Source of the DNA: Octopus vulgaris
Taxonomy: Eukaryota
Direction of reading: 5' to 3'
Assembly: GCA_951406725.2 (NCBI GenBank)
Contig: OX597816.1
Location: 153,202,001-153,266,000, forward strand
DNA: 64,000 bases
In this document: positions 63,340 through 64,000 of the stretch, piece after piece
Layout: each line of letters begins with the position of its first letter
How positions within the stretch are numbered: position 1 is the first letter of the stretch
Translations under genes and position numbers: made by a program
Notes under the pieces: generated by a model
The model's database searches: none
Told to the model about the DNA's origin: nothing
The model's input: the letters and a program-made list of their open reading frames with translations, nothing else

Positions 63340-63750
63340 TCATAATTCTCGGAAATCTCTCGGATTCAGCTAACTACTATCAATTCGCACTTACTTTTTA
63401 CATCATAAAGACCTTGGAAACTATTGTTAACACTCACCCTCTTGAATATCTTTGAGTCTCTTCATCCTCATTGTAGGGCGTTTGCAGTGCCACTTCACCT
63501 AGTGACAGGTTCGTCTAAGTCAATCCTTCACCATTGGAATCTGGTAAAATTAATGACGTTGTGCTTGGCATCAGCAATGCGTATCTGCCCGAAAATCTTC
63601 TGCCTAAGCTGTCCTGCAATCAACTTTCACCTGCTTTTTATCAGGTCATCCTGTGGGGAATTTTTCTGATTACCACTCTATTACCTTTTATACATGACAG
63701 CATCCATAAGCATTCTAGACATCTTAAGTCAAGCATGCACTGCTTCTTTT
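63340..63750 (+). mobile_element. Heavily decayed LINE RT fragment
   Basis: GNLSDSANYYQFALT (~G..SDP.NYRPIALT) and VVLGISNA..LLPKL (~ALDISKAF..LLAKL). Confidence 0.45.
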
Positions 63751-64000
63751 AACTGTAATCTTGACAATATTATGTTAAACGTGTGTGTGTGTGTGTGTGT
63801 CTGCGTGTGCGTAACAAACAGGAAGTGGAAATTTTTTTGGTATTATTTATTCATCTTTTCAAAGTTCTACATGTTGGATCAACAAGTAAGAAATTTCCTA
63901 TTAGAAATTCTTCAGACATAAATTTCTAATAGGAAATGTTCATCCAGCATGTACAACTTTGTGATTCCTATCAGCAAATAAAACATGTGTAATGGTGAAT

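Overview
This is eukaryotic, AT-rich, repeat-dense DNA. The SINE, LINE and microsatellite content resembles an octopus (coleoid cephalopod) genome; that assignment is inference. No host protein-coding gene can be supported. Main contents: (1) an apparently intact, full-length CR1-group LINE (~39087-43694, minus) with a 1034-aa APE+RT ORF2, an unusual ORF1 (Myb/trihelix-like helix plus CCCH finger) and a tandem-repeat 5'UTR; (2) a full-length but frameshifted RTE LINE (56789-59971, minus) with a 14-bp TSD, inserted into a tandem repeat; (3) several Dong/R4-type RLE retrotransposon copies, two of which form a co-oriented train with a ~570-bp non-coding element, linked by (AAT)n tracts; (4) a Penelope-like element (GIY-YIG) with an inverted pLTR; (5) decayed mariner and Chapaev3 DNA transposons; (6) many tRNA-derived SINEs, two of which share 3' tails with the two LINEs in the window; (7) several minimal type-I hammerhead ribozyme motifs in short repeats, including one with a compensatory G3-C8 core swap at the centre of an ~83-bp-arm foldback. 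All calls come from manual motif reading; no database searches were run.
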